A stretch of DNA of 64,000 nucleotides from Paraglaciecola sp. (GTDB lineage Bacteria > Pseudomonadota > Gammaproteobacteria > Enterobacterales > Alteromonadaceae), in assembly GCF_039943935.1 (NCBI RefSeq), contig NZ_JBDUZQ010000004.1:36657-100656 (forward strand), read 5' to 3'. The notes beneath the pieces were generated by a model. That model was not told the DNA's origin and ran no database searches. It worked only from the letters and a program-made list of their open reading frames with translations. The translations under genes and the position numbers were made by a program. Position 1 is the stretch's first letter; the number at the start of each line of letters is the position of its first letter. Below, piece by piece: positions 19,035-28,759 of this stretch.

Positions 19035-19622
19035 ATGATGAGAAAAAACGCTAAGTTTGATCGTGCAGAAGTCGTTGATAATGCCACCCGGTTATATTGG
19101 GAAAAAGGCTTTAATGGCACTTCAATGCGTAACCTGCAAGATGTGATTGATATGCGTCCGGGTAGTATTTACGCTACTTTTGGCAGCAAAGAAGGGTTAT
19201 TCAAAGAAGCATTAAATCGTTATACAGAAATGGGGATCGAGGAACTCAGACGGTGTCGTGTACACTCATCTTCACCCTTAGTTGCTCTAAACGTGTTCAT
19301 GAGAAATGTGGTATTAGATTATGCTAACAAAGCACCTAATAGAATGTGTATGTTAGCAAAAACTATGGGTGAACTGACACAAGATACCCCTGAACTTCTC
19401 AAAGAAGCCAAGCGTTTGCTTGCAAAAGTTGAGGCTGAGTTTGTGACGCTATTACAAGAGGCTCAAGACTTAGGTGAATTAGATTCCACTAAAAATGTTG
19501 CCACGTTAGCCCGTCATATTCAGGTTCAAACAATGGGATTACGCACTTATGCCAAAGCGTGTGATAATCAAGAAGAGTTAGAAACAATGGTAGATGATGT
19601 TTTTAAACATCATCCTTTTTAG
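19035..19622 (+). CDS. TetR/AcrR family regulator (NemR/ComR-like)
   Basis: FDRAEVVDNA...WEKGFNGTSM...GSIYATFGSKEGLF helix-turn-helix. Confidence 0.9.
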   Translation: MMRKNAKFDRAEVVDNATRLYWEKGFNGTSMRNLQDVIDMRPGSIYATFGSKEGLFKEALNRYTEMGIEELRRCRVHSSSPLVALNVFMRNVVLDYANKAPNRMCMLAKTMGELTQDTPELLKEAKRLLAKVEAEFVTLLQEAQDLGELDSTKNVATLARHIQVQTMGLRTYAKACDNQEELETMVDDVFKHHPF

Positions 19623-19637
19623 TCACTTAATTGGCAA

Positions 19638-20051
19638 TTAGGATTCAGGTTTTTCGAATCCAAATGCCAATGGCAATAACTCAGCAAAATTCACTGTTTT
19701 TACTTCACCGTTTTGCTTAGCTAAATGAACAAGAGTATGTTCGTTGGCAAATTCTGCAATTTTTTGACGACAACCACCACAAGGTGGGCAGTAATCATTG
19801 TTTGGGCTAAGAATTAAAATTTCGCTGATGCTTTGGCTACCAGATACCACCATAGAAGATATGGCTCCTGCTTCAGCGCACTGCCCTAATGGGTAAGAGG
19901 CGTTTTCTACATTGCAACAAGCGTGATGTTGATTTTTGTCATCTATTATTGCTGCACCTACTTTAAAGTTTGAGTAAGGTGTATACGCGTTAGATTGCGC
20001 TTTGGTTGCAAGGTCAAATAATGCTTTTTGTTGTTTGTTTTCAGCTGACAT
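19638..20051 (-). CDS. cdd: Cytidine deaminase (homotetrameric type)
   Basis: AYTPYSNFKVGAA, NVENASY, CAE and PCGGCRQ zinc motifs. Confidence 0.92.
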   Translation of the reverse strand: MSAENKQQKALFDLATKAQSNAYTPYSNFKVGAAIIDDKNQHHACCNVENASYPLGQCAEAGAISSMVVSGSQSISEILILSPNNDYCPPCGGCRQKIAEFANEHTLVHLAKQNGEVKTVNFAELLPLAFGFEKPES

Positions 20052-20284
20052 TAAACTGATTTCTCATAATTGTCGGCCGCTAAGTGTGCGACATTTTTTA
20101 GGTTGGGATCAAGTCCCTTTACACTTTAATTATCATACGTAAGCGGAAACTTTACTTTTATCATTAAATAAGAGACTCTTAAATTATTCGTTTTGTTTAC
20201 TAATTAAATTGGACTTAGTGAAACTACTGTTAGCTTCATCGGTCGAATTACTAAATTTTTTCAGGTCAAAATCACCCAATCATT

Positions 20285-21196
20285 ATGCATATCCGATTAG
20301 CCGTTTTATCCTTTTTCAGCATTTTGTGCGTTAGTTGTGCAAATACTTCTTCGACAACTGTTGATAGCTCCGGGCAGATGGGCAATTTATTGCTAGCAGA
20401 ACCCGCACCCATGAATCAACGCTCACAACTTGCCATTGCGCGCTACAGCCATATTTTAGGCAGTACCGAAATAGAAAACGAACAAAGAGCGCAGTTGTTA
20501 CATCAAAGAGGCGTGTTGTACGACAGTGTTGGTTTATCTGGTTTAGCCCAGTATGACTTCAATCAAGCTTTACGTATCAAACCCGATTTAGCAGAAGCTT
20601 ATAATTCTATAGGCGTGCATTACACTCAACAAATGGACTTTATTCAAGCTTACGAAGCGTTTGATGCTTCGATAGATATTAATCCAGAAATGGAGTTCGC
20701 TTTTTTAAACCGTGGTATTGCCCTGTATTATGGGGGCCGTCCCGATTTGGCGGTTGAAGATTTTGGTAAATTTTATAATAAAGATTCAACTGACCCTTAC
20801 AGAGTTCTTTGGAGTTATTTAGCCGCCAATGAAGTAGACAGTGCCCAAGCGTTTGCCGAGTTGACAGAGTTACGGAAAAATCTTAATGAGAAAAATTGGG
20901 CAACACAAATTGTTGATTTGTATCTTGGTAAAATTACAGAAAATCAACTGCTTAGCGTTTTAATAGGTGGAGTTGAAAGCCAACAACAGTTAACAAACCG
21001 ATTATGTGAGGCTTATTTTTATTTAGGAAAATACCACGCTGCGCGGAGTCATAAAGGCATTGCTTCTAATTACTTTAAATTAGCATTAAGCACTAACGTA
21101 TTTGAATATGTAGAGCATAGATACGCGCGCTTAGAGCTAAGTTTATTACGTGAGAATGATAGTAATTCTGAGCCTGAACAAACACAAATACAATAA
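20285..21196 (+). CDS. nlpI: Lipoprotein NlpI (TPR)
   Basis: Lipobox VSC; RGVLYDSVGL, DPYRVLW, LCEAYFYLGK and NVFEYVEHRYA. Confidence 0.92.
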   Translation: MHIRLAVLSFFSILCVSCANTSSTTVDSSGQMGNLLLAEPAPMNQRSQLAIARYSHILGSTEIENEQRAQLLHQRGVLYDSVGLSGLAQYDFNQALRIKPDLAEAYNSIGVHYTQQMDFIQAYEAFDASIDINPEMEFAFLNRGIALYYGGRPDLAVEDFGKFYNKDSTDPYRVLWSYLAANEVDSAQAFAELTELRKNLNEKNWATQIVDLYLGKITENQLLSVLIGGVESQQQLTNRLCEAYFYLGKYHAARSHKGIASNYFKLALSTNVFEYVEHRYARLELSLLRENDSNSEPEQTQIQ

Positions 21197-21199
21197 GCG

Positions 21200-22237
21200 A
21201 TGATCGCAAGTGTTAAAGGGGGGCTTGCTTTATTTCTGGCATTGCTCCCTCTTTATTGTTTGGTTTTTCATTCTTCCCCTCTTCAAAAAGAGATGTCTCC
21301 CGAGCCTTTATATGTCTCTAAAAACGCCAGTAAAGCTGCCCTTGATAACGCGCTAGCGTTATGGGGTAATCAAGCATACTTAGCGGCTTATCAAACGCTG
21401 AAAACGATTAACCCAGTTGACCAACCGCTAGTTAGTTTATACCAGCCCTACATTGACGATTACTTAGCAAAAGGACAAAACTCTAAATGGGAACGGGACC
21501 AACAAGGCGCATACCCCTCTAGTTGTAAGCAAAAATTATTATTTGTGACCGGTGAGTTACAATCGCTGCCTCAAGCTAATCAATTTAAACAACGTCTTTT
21601 AGAAGACAAACGACTTCGCAACTTACCTATTTGTGCACATCGACTCACGTTTTTTGATCCAGACACTGTGTTATGTCAAAGAGATTGGCTTGGCAGGGGG
21701 CGTTTAGGGTGTGATTTATTGCCATTGGCTAAGCACCTTAAAGATATTGATTTTACACATTTAGTGATGTTGGCTGATGGGGGAAAAGCCAACGTACATA
21801 ATGGAATTATGTTTTTAGACAAACAAGACACTTACGATGTATTTGTCCACGAACTTGCACATTTTTCCGGGTTTATCGACGAATATCCTCTTAGTGCAGC
21901 ATTGGCTGAGCGGGTGTGCGCGGGTGTTGATGCCCCGAACCTAGTGTTTAAACAAGTAGGTGCAAAATCTACGTTAACAGCCAAGGTTTTAGCCCGAACC
22001 TGCGACAACCATACGGCTCAAGCCTATAAGGCATCTAACAAACTAACCTTTATGGAATACCACGACACAGCCTATATTCCTCCCCAGTATCTAAGAGCTT
22101 GGAGCGCACTACTAACTGCTGCTCCACAGCATCCATCTGCTCATTTGAATTTTGCACAATTATACGAAGAGGCAGGTAATCATGCCGATAGTCAGTATTG
22201 GAGAGCGCAATATCAGCAATATCTAAAGGGTATTTGA
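21200..22237 (+). CDS. Hypothetical exported protein with zincin-like motif
   Basis: N-terminal TM or signal; VHELAHFSGFIDEY; starts 3 bp after nlpI. Confidence 0.6.
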   Translation: MIASVKGGLALFLALLPLYCLVFHSSPLQKEMSPEPLYVSKNASKAALDNALALWGNQAYLAAYQTLKTINPVDQPLVSLYQPYIDDYLAKGQNSKWERDQQGAYPSSCKQKLLFVTGELQSLPQANQFKQRLLEDKRLRNLPICAHRLTFFDPDTVLCQRDWLGRGRLGCDLLPLAKHLKDIDFTHLVMLADGGKANVHNGIMFLDKQDTYDVFVHELAHFSGFIDEYPLSAALAERVCAGVDAPNLVFKQVGAKSTLTAKVLARTCDNHTAQAYKASNKLTFMEYHDTAYIPPQYLRAWSALLTAAPQHPSAHLNFAQLYEEAGNHADSQYWRAQYQQYLKGI

Positions 22238-22337
22238 TTTAGCTATTGATTGGATCTGCTTGATATATGTCATTTACGTAGCATATAGGTATAATACTCG
22301 GACATTTTGAATTCTTCAGTAGCCTTCATTTACAACT

Positions 22338-23396
22338 ATGTCTCAGGTATTTTCCGTCGAACCAATCGACTATCCTTTTCCAGCTAAACCAGCTCCTCTA
22401 AATGTTTCTCAGCAACAGCATTATGTGCAGGAAATTAAAACGCTGTTGAAGCAAAAAAATGCGGTACTGGTTGCCCATTATTACACTGACCCAGAAATCC
22501 AAGCCCTTGCTGAAGAAACCGGTGGCTGTATTTCAGACTCTCTTGAAATGGCGCGATTTGGCCGTGACTGTGATGCCGACACCTTAATCGTTGCTGGTGT
22601 TCGCTTTATGGGTGAAACCGCCAAAATTCTTAGTCCAGAAAAAACTGTATTAATGCCCACATTAGATGCAACTTGCTCTTTAGATTTAGGTTGCCCAGCT
22701 GAGCAGTTTTCTGCCTTTTGTGATGCTCACCCCGACCACACAGTGGTGGTTTATGCCAATACCTCTGCGGCCGTTAAAGCCCGAGCAGATTGGGTGGTTA
22801 CCTCTAGTATTGCCCTTGAAATTGTTGAGCACCTAGATAGCTTAGGTGAAAAAATCATCTGGGGCCCCGATAGGCACCTAGGCGCATACATTGCCAAAGA
22901 AACCGGTGCTGATATGTTGTTGTGGCAAGGTGAGTGTATCGTACATGACGAGTTCTCAGCTAAAGCCTTAAAAAATATGCAAAATCTGCATCCCGATGCA
23001 GCTGTGCTAGTACACCCAGAGTCACCTGCAAGCGTCGTTGATATGGCTGATGCGGTAGGCTCGACTACTCAATTAATAAATGCGGCTAAAAGCTTGCCAC
23101 ACAAGAAATTTATAGTGGCTACTGACCGTGGTATTTTTTATAAAATGCAGCATGCTGCGCCCGGAAAAACCCTGTTAGAAGCCCCAACTGGCGGAAATGG
23201 TGCAACCTGTAAAAGCTGTGCCCATTGCCCGTGGATGGCCATGAACGGCTTACAAGCTATACATCAGTCTTTAACTGAGGTTAGTGGTCACGAAATATTT
23301 GTTGATGACACATTACGACATAAAGCACTCATACCATTAAATAGAATGTTAGATTTTTCGGCAGAGTTAAAAATCAAAATAAAAGGTAATGCTTAA
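22338..23396 (+). CDS. nadA: Quinolinate synthase A
   Basis: AHYY, GVRFMGE, CSLD, YANTSA, CIVH, HPES and CPWM Fe-S and substrate motifs. Confidence 0.97.
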   Translation: MSQVFSVEPIDYPFPAKPAPLNVSQQQHYVQEIKTLLKQKNAVLVAHYYTDPEIQALAEETGGCISDSLEMARFGRDCDADTLIVAGVRFMGETAKILSPEKTVLMPTLDATCSLDLGCPAEQFSAFCDAHPDHTVVVYANTSAAVKARADWVVTSSIALEIVEHLDSLGEKIIWGPDRHLGAYIAKETGADMLLWQGECIVHDEFSAKALKNMQNLHPDAAVLVHPESPASVVDMADAVGSTTQLINAAKSLPHKKFIVATDRGIFYKMQHAAPGKTLLEAPTGGNGATCKSCAHCPWMAMNGLQAIHQSLTEVSGHEIFVDDTLRHKALIPLNRMLDFSAELKIKIKGNA

Positions 23397-23455
23397 TTTG
23401 TGTTACAACAGAGCGTAGATGTTTTCGATATAGATATAATGGCTATAAATGGTTG

Positions 23456-24655
23456 TTATTCGTTGTGTAACACAACTTGATTACGACCGTTATTTTTAGC
23501 TTTGTAAAGGGCCTCATCGGCTCTTTTTAATGTGGCTTCTAGGTCGCTTTCTCCAATGTTTAACTCAGCTACTCCGGCACTTATTGTGATATCAACGTCA
23601 CGTGTTTCTAGATTAACTGGGGTATTGGTGATATTTCGATGTACCTTTTTCGCTAATTTTTGCGCATCTAAAATATTTGTTTGAGGAAGTAATATTAAAA
23701 ACTCTTCGCCGCCAAAGCGAAAAGCAAAATCTGAAGAGCGAATATTATTTGAGATAGAGTCAGCCACACTCCTAATAACCTGATCACCAGCATCATGCCC
23801 AAATTGATCATTAATTGACTTGAAGTGGTCAATATCAATACTTACCACCGACAAAGATGACTGGTAGCGCTGGCTGGTTGCCACGGCTTGCTTCGCAATC
23901 ACGCTAAATGAACGTCTGTTATGTAACTCTGTTAAATAGTCAAAATGCGCGGCCTTTAATAGCCCTTTAGAATAGCTATCTGACTTTAATAGTAGCGGCC
24001 CTAAAATAAACAGCCCCTCTATTAACACCGTTAAAATGATTACAACGAGAATCAACTGTTGGGTATGTCTTAACTCATTGATTTTATTTATGCTTTCTTG
24101 TTCGTACTGTTTCACCACAGTATCGAAACTATGTAGCATTTGATTTTTGAGTCGTGGTAAAAACGAAATGTCGGTAGATTGTTTACTTAAAATTTGAGTA
24201 ATAAGTGTTTTTAATTCGGCGATATTTTTATCGATTTGATGAGGTGCAAGAAAATACAAAGCGTACATATCATCTGATAAAGGAGATGGGGTATTTGATT
24301 CAACAGCTAAGAAATGTTCTTTAAGTAACATTTTGTGATTATTTTGCATTTTATTTAATGCCGCCAACGCCTCATTTTTTGCATATTCGTTGCCCTGGTT
24401 TATATATTCAGTCGTAAATAAAGTGACACGTTGTGACAGCATACGCTGCTGGCCACTAATATTAATAACTTTAGCTGAATGGCTTTGCTCTGAAATGATT
24501 TCGTCAAGGGTGAAGTGAACAAATAGCGACAACCCAGCAATAAACGTAAGAGAAACAATGTACGTCAATGTCATTGTTCTAGCTGGGTTTAATAATTTTT
24601 TTTTACTTAAAACTGAATCCATATTTTTAAGAGGGTTCTTATTTTTATACGTCAT
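23456..24655 (-). CDS. Membrane diguanylate cyclase with PilJ/NarX-like sensor domain
   Basis: Two TMs flanking INISGQQRMLSQR; DYLTELHNRR, DIDHFKSIND, RSSD I-site and GGEEF. Confidence 0.9.
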   Translation of the reverse strand: MTYKNKNPLKNMDSVLSKKKLLNPARTMTLTYIVSLTFIAGLSLFVHFTLDEIISEQSHSAKVINISGQQRMLSQRVTLFTTEYINQGNEYAKNEALAALNKMQNNHKMLLKEHFLAVESNTPSPLSDDMYALYFLAPHQIDKNIAELKTLITQILSKQSTDISFLPRLKNQMLHSFDTVVKQYEQESINKINELRHTQQLILVVIILTVLIEGLFILGPLLLKSDSYSKGLLKAAHFDYLTELHNRRSFSVIAKQAVATSQRYQSSLSVVSIDIDHFKSINDQFGHDAGDQVIRSVADSISNNIRSSDFAFRFGGEEFLILLPQTNILDAQKLAKKVHRNITNTPVNLETRDVDITISAGVAELNIGESDLEATLKRADEALYKAKNNGRNQVVLHNE

Positions 24656-24867
24656 GGAAATCTAATCTTAAGGATGAAGTAAACGGCAATATTTACTAGC
24701 TCTATAACAACTTAGCGCTATAACCTTAAAAATAATCGAATACCTATTATAAAGTAACAAGGTATTAACAGCAACGAACAGAAAAAGACCTATTTTATAC
24801 ACATAAATGTAGCCATTTTTACCCTATGTGCGGTATAACGTTTTTCATTAACACCTAGGAGTAGAGC

Positions 24868-25455
24868 ATGCCTGATTTAAGCCGTTACAAAGGAATTGTT
24901 TTTGATATGGACGGAACCATTATTGATTCAATGGGGACCCATAGCATCGCGTGGCGAAAAACCTGCGAAAAATATGATTATCCATTTGATGCAGATTATC
25001 TTTATGGCTTGGGCGGCGTGCCCACCAATGAAATAGTTAAGCTTCTTAACGAAAAGTATCACATGAGTCACAACCCTGATGAAGTGGCAGTATTTAAGCG
25101 TGAGACCTTCAATCAACTTAAAGACAAACCCGTGGTGATAGAAGACACCTTTAAGGTGATGCAACGCTATCAAGGTAAATTGAAAATGGGTGTTGGCACA
25201 GGTGCCGACCGTAACAATGCCATGACCCTACTAACTGATTCTGGTTTATTAGAGCGACTAGAAACAGTCGTTACTTCAAGTGATGTCACTTACGGTAAAC
25301 CTCACGGCGAGACATTTATAACCGTTGCGACGAATATGGGCTTAGCGCCAAGTGATTGTGTTGTGTTCGAAGATACCGAAATAGGCCGGCAAGCAGCTAA
25401 AAATGCTGGCATGGACTGCATAATGGTAATAAATGGTAAAATAGAATTACCATAA
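24868..25455 (+). CDS. HAD-superfamily sugar phosphatase (YqaB / beta-phosphoglucomutase family)
   Basis: FDMDGT, GKPHGE and VFEDT HAD motifs. Confidence 0.9.
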   Translation: MPDLSRYKGIVFDMDGTIIDSMGTHSIAWRKTCEKYDYPFDADYLYGLGGVPTNEIVKLLNEKYHMSHNPDEVAVFKRETFNQLKDKPVVIEDTFKVMQRYQGKLKMGVGTGADRNNAMTLLTDSGLLERLETVVTSSDVTYGKPHGETFITVATNMGLAPSDCVVFEDTEIGRQAAKNAGMDCIMVINGKIELP

Positions 25456-25898
25456 CTTGCTTGATTAATAACCGTATCAACCTAGTTGCAGCAGTTAATA
25501 CTTGCGAACCTGAGCGGTTTTCCCTAACATACGCGCCACTTTGTAAGAATGGCAGTTAGCTACAAGTTGTTTTTACAAAAATTACTGATGTAAAGCGGTT
25601 ACCTAACGCTTAAGCTTACCGTTAAAGCTTTGATATAAGGTATGAAATTTAGGAAAGGTGGGTTAAACCGCTCTCTTTAGGAGCACTGCTCCGCGCGGTT
25701 TAACATCGAGTCAAGGATGGCGAGATTGGGTGCATATCATCATGGACGTGTATTTGACTGCGATGAAGTATGTATAAATGTATTGCTTTAAAACCTTATA
25801 AATAAGGTTCTATGCCAAAAGTAATAGATAAAGCGCACGCCTTGCGTTGAGTTAAGTTCAAGTAACTCATTTAAACAGGCTTACAATTTAAAAGTTTT

Positions 25899-25988
25899 GG
25901 AGAGGTGGCTGAGTGGCTGAAGGCGCACGCCTGGAAAGTGTGTTTAGGGTTAAACCTAACGAGGGTTCGAATCCCTCTCTCTCCGCCA
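25899..25988 (+). tRNA. tRNA-Ser(GGA)
   Basis: GGAGAGG acceptor, cacgc-ctGGAaa-gtgtg anticodon arm, long variable arm, GGTTCGAATCC T-loop, encoded CCA. Confidence 0.97.
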
Positions 25989-26270
25989 TATACAAAATGA
26001 CCCGCTTAATGCGGGTTTTTTTGTATATGGCAGAGAGAGGATTTGGTTCGGAGCCTAGGTTCGACTAATCTTCTGGAACGATTTATTCACTACATCCATG
26101 TAGTTCACCCACTTCGTGGGCTAGCCAACGCTATTCTAATTTGTTCCAACAAATTTTGGTGTACCGCCTCTGGCGCCTGAAGGGGCGGGCACATAGATGT
26201 GCCTGAGTACATCCCGAACGGCCAAGCACCCATCAAGTATCAGTATGTTGTTAGCTGGGGCTTTTTTATT
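25970..26270. repeat. tRNA-linked multi-hairpin element with inverted copy of the tRNA 3' end
   Basis: 26018-26044 is an imperfect reverse complement of 25970-25997. Central terminator hairpin acccgc/gcgggt, then actacatccatgtagt, cccacttcgtggg, aatttgttccaacaaatt and gcacatagatgtgc. Confidence 0.6.
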
Positions 26271-26335
26271 TACCCGGTGTTGAGGTGTGATGAGAACCCT
26301 CAGGTTATTACTTCACAGCTTTGCGCTTGTAAACC

Positions 26336-26764
26336 TTAATTGGGCAATACCCATTGATTATTGTGGTCTTTGATAAACTGAGTTTTTTGCTCGACCATAG
26401 ATAAGTCTAAACCAATATAATAGTCAGGGTTGTCGCCAATCCATTTTAGGTTTTTGTCATCATCGCTAAAAGTGACTTTTAGTAAAAATAACTTTTTGGT
26501 ATCAGTGTCCTTATAAAGCTCATTGGCGTAATAAGGAATAAGTTCTAATTTAGAGAAATGAATGTAGCCTTCTTTGGCAATCGACAAAGGGGTATATACA
26601 TTATCTTTAGTTAAGGTGGCTAATTCTTGCTCGCTCACAATGTGATACAAAGTGGTACCCGCTAGGCTTGCGCTACTCACTAAAAAACTTAAAAGTAGAC
26701 ATCCTCCTAGCAATAGCCGTTTAAGATTGGTTTTTACGTTAATATTTACCCTGTAACCTTGCAT
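26336..26764 (-). CDS. DUF952-like protein with signal peptide
   Basis: Hydrophobic leader ending ASLA, then LYHIVS...EGYIHFS. Confidence 0.7.
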   Translation of the reverse strand: MQGYRVNINVKTNLKRLLLGGCLLLSFLVSSASLAGTTLYHIVSEQELATLTKDNVYTPLSIAKEGYIHFSKLELIPYYANELYKDTDTKKLFLLKVTFSDDDKNLKWIGDNPDYYIGLDLSMVEQKTQFIKDHNNQWVLPN

Positions 26765-26765
26765 C

Positions 26766-27278
26766 TTATTTACCCTCTATTATGTCAGACACCGACAAAA
26801 ATGTACCGTCGGCTGCTCTTGAAACAGTGTGCACTTGTATCACTGCTGATGGGTTGATACCCCCCAATATGTGTGGGAAAAGCTCGCTGTCGGTGCCAGG
26901 AAAATCAGGCTGTTTGTCACCTACAGGTTCAGTGCCTTCAAATATGGTTTTTACTCCGGTAGCTTGCAAGGTGTCTACAGACATCCTCAAACATAACCAG
27001 TCACCAGTCACCTCTTTATAAAAATGATTGCCAATAATTAGTAAAAAATCTGGGTTAGCAGTGGCATGAGTGAATTCGTCTTGGCTATAAGTTGGTGGGT
27101 AATAAGTGCCTTTGCTGGCTAGGGTTTTTTCCCACAACTCTTTTTGGACTAGATGAAATATATAAGGATATTTTGTAGTGTACTCACTCGCTGTGTCTTC
27201 TTTAGCGGCGAAAGCCGATGATTGAAATAACATCATAAAAACGGCTATCAAGGTGCTGCTTAAAATGCTTCTTTTCAT
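26766..27278 (-). CDS. DUF952-like protein with signal peptide
   Basis: Leader ending AFA; IFHLVQKELW, FTHAT, NHFY and LFPHILGGIN motifs; 1 bp from the next gene. Confidence 0.8.
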   Translation of the reverse strand: MKRSILSSTLIAVFMMLFQSSAFAAKEDTASEYTTKYPYIFHLVQKELWEKTLASKGTYYPPTYSQDEFTHATANPDFLLIIGNHFYKEVTGDWLCLRMSVDTLQATGVKTIFEGTEPVGDKQPDFPGTDSELFPHILGGINPSAVIQVHTVSRAADGTFLSVSDIIEGK

Positions 27279-27714
27279 GTTTTTTTACTACTCTATTGTT
27301 CAAGGCCAATGAACAAAATATCTACAAAAAAACCTAATGTCAAAACTAACCTTATGAAGTTTTTGACGTGCTTTTTTTTGGTGCGAAACATCCGTTTAAA
27401 GCGCTAAGTGCACCAAAAATAACGTTGTTTTGCCCTTTTATAAAGCGCCGCTCATTACTTACGTTTTAGCCATACAAACAAGTGTATGCTTAAGGTTAAG
27501 CTAGCTGTTTTAGAAGCTTGGGGTCATCCATTTAATTACTTAGTAAGCAAACGGTAAGAGCAGCGTAAGGCAAAGCAATACAGGTGAAATTTTCGATAAG
27601 TAGAGAGTAGGTGCAGGTCATCGCAAATGTGCATATGATTGCGTTGAAGTGTGTGTATCGTTTGGTAAAAAGAGAAAACAAACTCAAATAGCATCCCTGC
27701 CATTTAATAACGAG

Positions 27715-28413
27715 TTATTGAATCAAATTGATCTGCTCTTGTGCGGTGTCGGTTTGTAAACCGAAATGTCCGAGAGAGTAGGTGAAGCTAGCATCTTCAT
27801 TCCAAATACTGCTGCTATGCACGCCATAAACAGTACAGACGCCGGTTGCACAGACAACCTGGTCAGAATTACTCTTTATAGAATAAACCTTGTCACCTAA
27901 AGGGTCGCCAAACAAGCCGTCTAGAAAAGGGCTTTGAATCGATAATCCGTAATAACCGCAGGTTGAGCTCCACACATTAAATGGATAAATACCGCAGCTA
28001 TATAACCCTCTAAACGCCCCTGCAATACCCACAAACGTATCAACATACGACGCAGCAGCAAGTTTACTAATTTGTTGAGCTGCCAAGGTTGCCCCCATTG
28101 AATGCCCAATAACATCAATTTGGCCGCTACACGAATTGGCGATAGCGTTGTTGATTGCCTGCCTGACTGGCGTTTCTTCACTACCATTGTGATTGTTACA
28201 CGAAGCGCAGTACTTCGAACCCCAATCGGGCCGATAAATATCTGCATTTGTGTAACCCTGACTTAACAGTAGGTTGTAGGTATTGTCCCAGCTGGCTGGT
28301 GTTGAGGTGTTGCCATGTACTAACACCACAGGGTCTTTGCAACTGCTAGCAAAAACAAAAGGCGAAATTACACAAAGAGATAAAAACACTGCTGTAACGA
28401 TTACATTTTTCAT
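27715..28413 (-). CDS. Secreted lipase/esterase (alpha/beta hydrolase, Lipase_2-like)
   Basis: Signal peptide, PVVLVHGN and the GHSMG nucleophile elbow. Confidence 0.85.
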   Translation of the reverse strand: MKNVIVTAVFLSLCVISPFVFASSCKDPVVLVHGNTSTPASWDNTYNLLLSQGYTNADIYRPDWGSKYCASCNNHNGSEETPVRQAINNAIANSCSGQIDVIGHSMGATLAAQQISKLAAASYVDTFVGIAGAFRGLYSCGIYPFNVWSSTCGYYGLSIQSPFLDGLFGDPLGDKVYSIKSNSDQVVCATGVCTVYGVHSSSIWNEDASFTYSLGHFGLQTDTAQEQINLIQ

Positions 28414-28759
28414 GATGAACCTGTTGGTTGTTGAGGTAAAACAACCTTAACGTGGCTTTATTAACAAATATCTAACACTTTAGTACAGACCTACAATTTG
28501 CTTACTCATAAGCCAAGTTTTTGATAATAATCGGTTGCCGCCAAAGGGCAAATGCGTGGGTAGGTGTGATTGGTAGCTTTAATAAACTGATGTTTGTTCA
28601 ATGCGCCTTAACAACAGGTTTTTTACCTAGGAAATTGTAGTAATGAGCTAATGTGATGTAATAAAAAACAACCACTTTTCTTTCTTGGGTAAAAATAGTA
28701 ATCTCGATTGTAGAATAAAAATTCTAAAAACTGTTTACGTTCGATGGATATGAATTTAC

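Noticed and set aside
25456-25898. CsrB/RsmZ-like sRNA in the 440-bp gap before tRNA-Ser (hairpin 25662-25704, a few GGA motifs)
   Set aside because: Only about four GGA motifs, not in repeated loops; one hairpin is insufficient to call an ncRNA.
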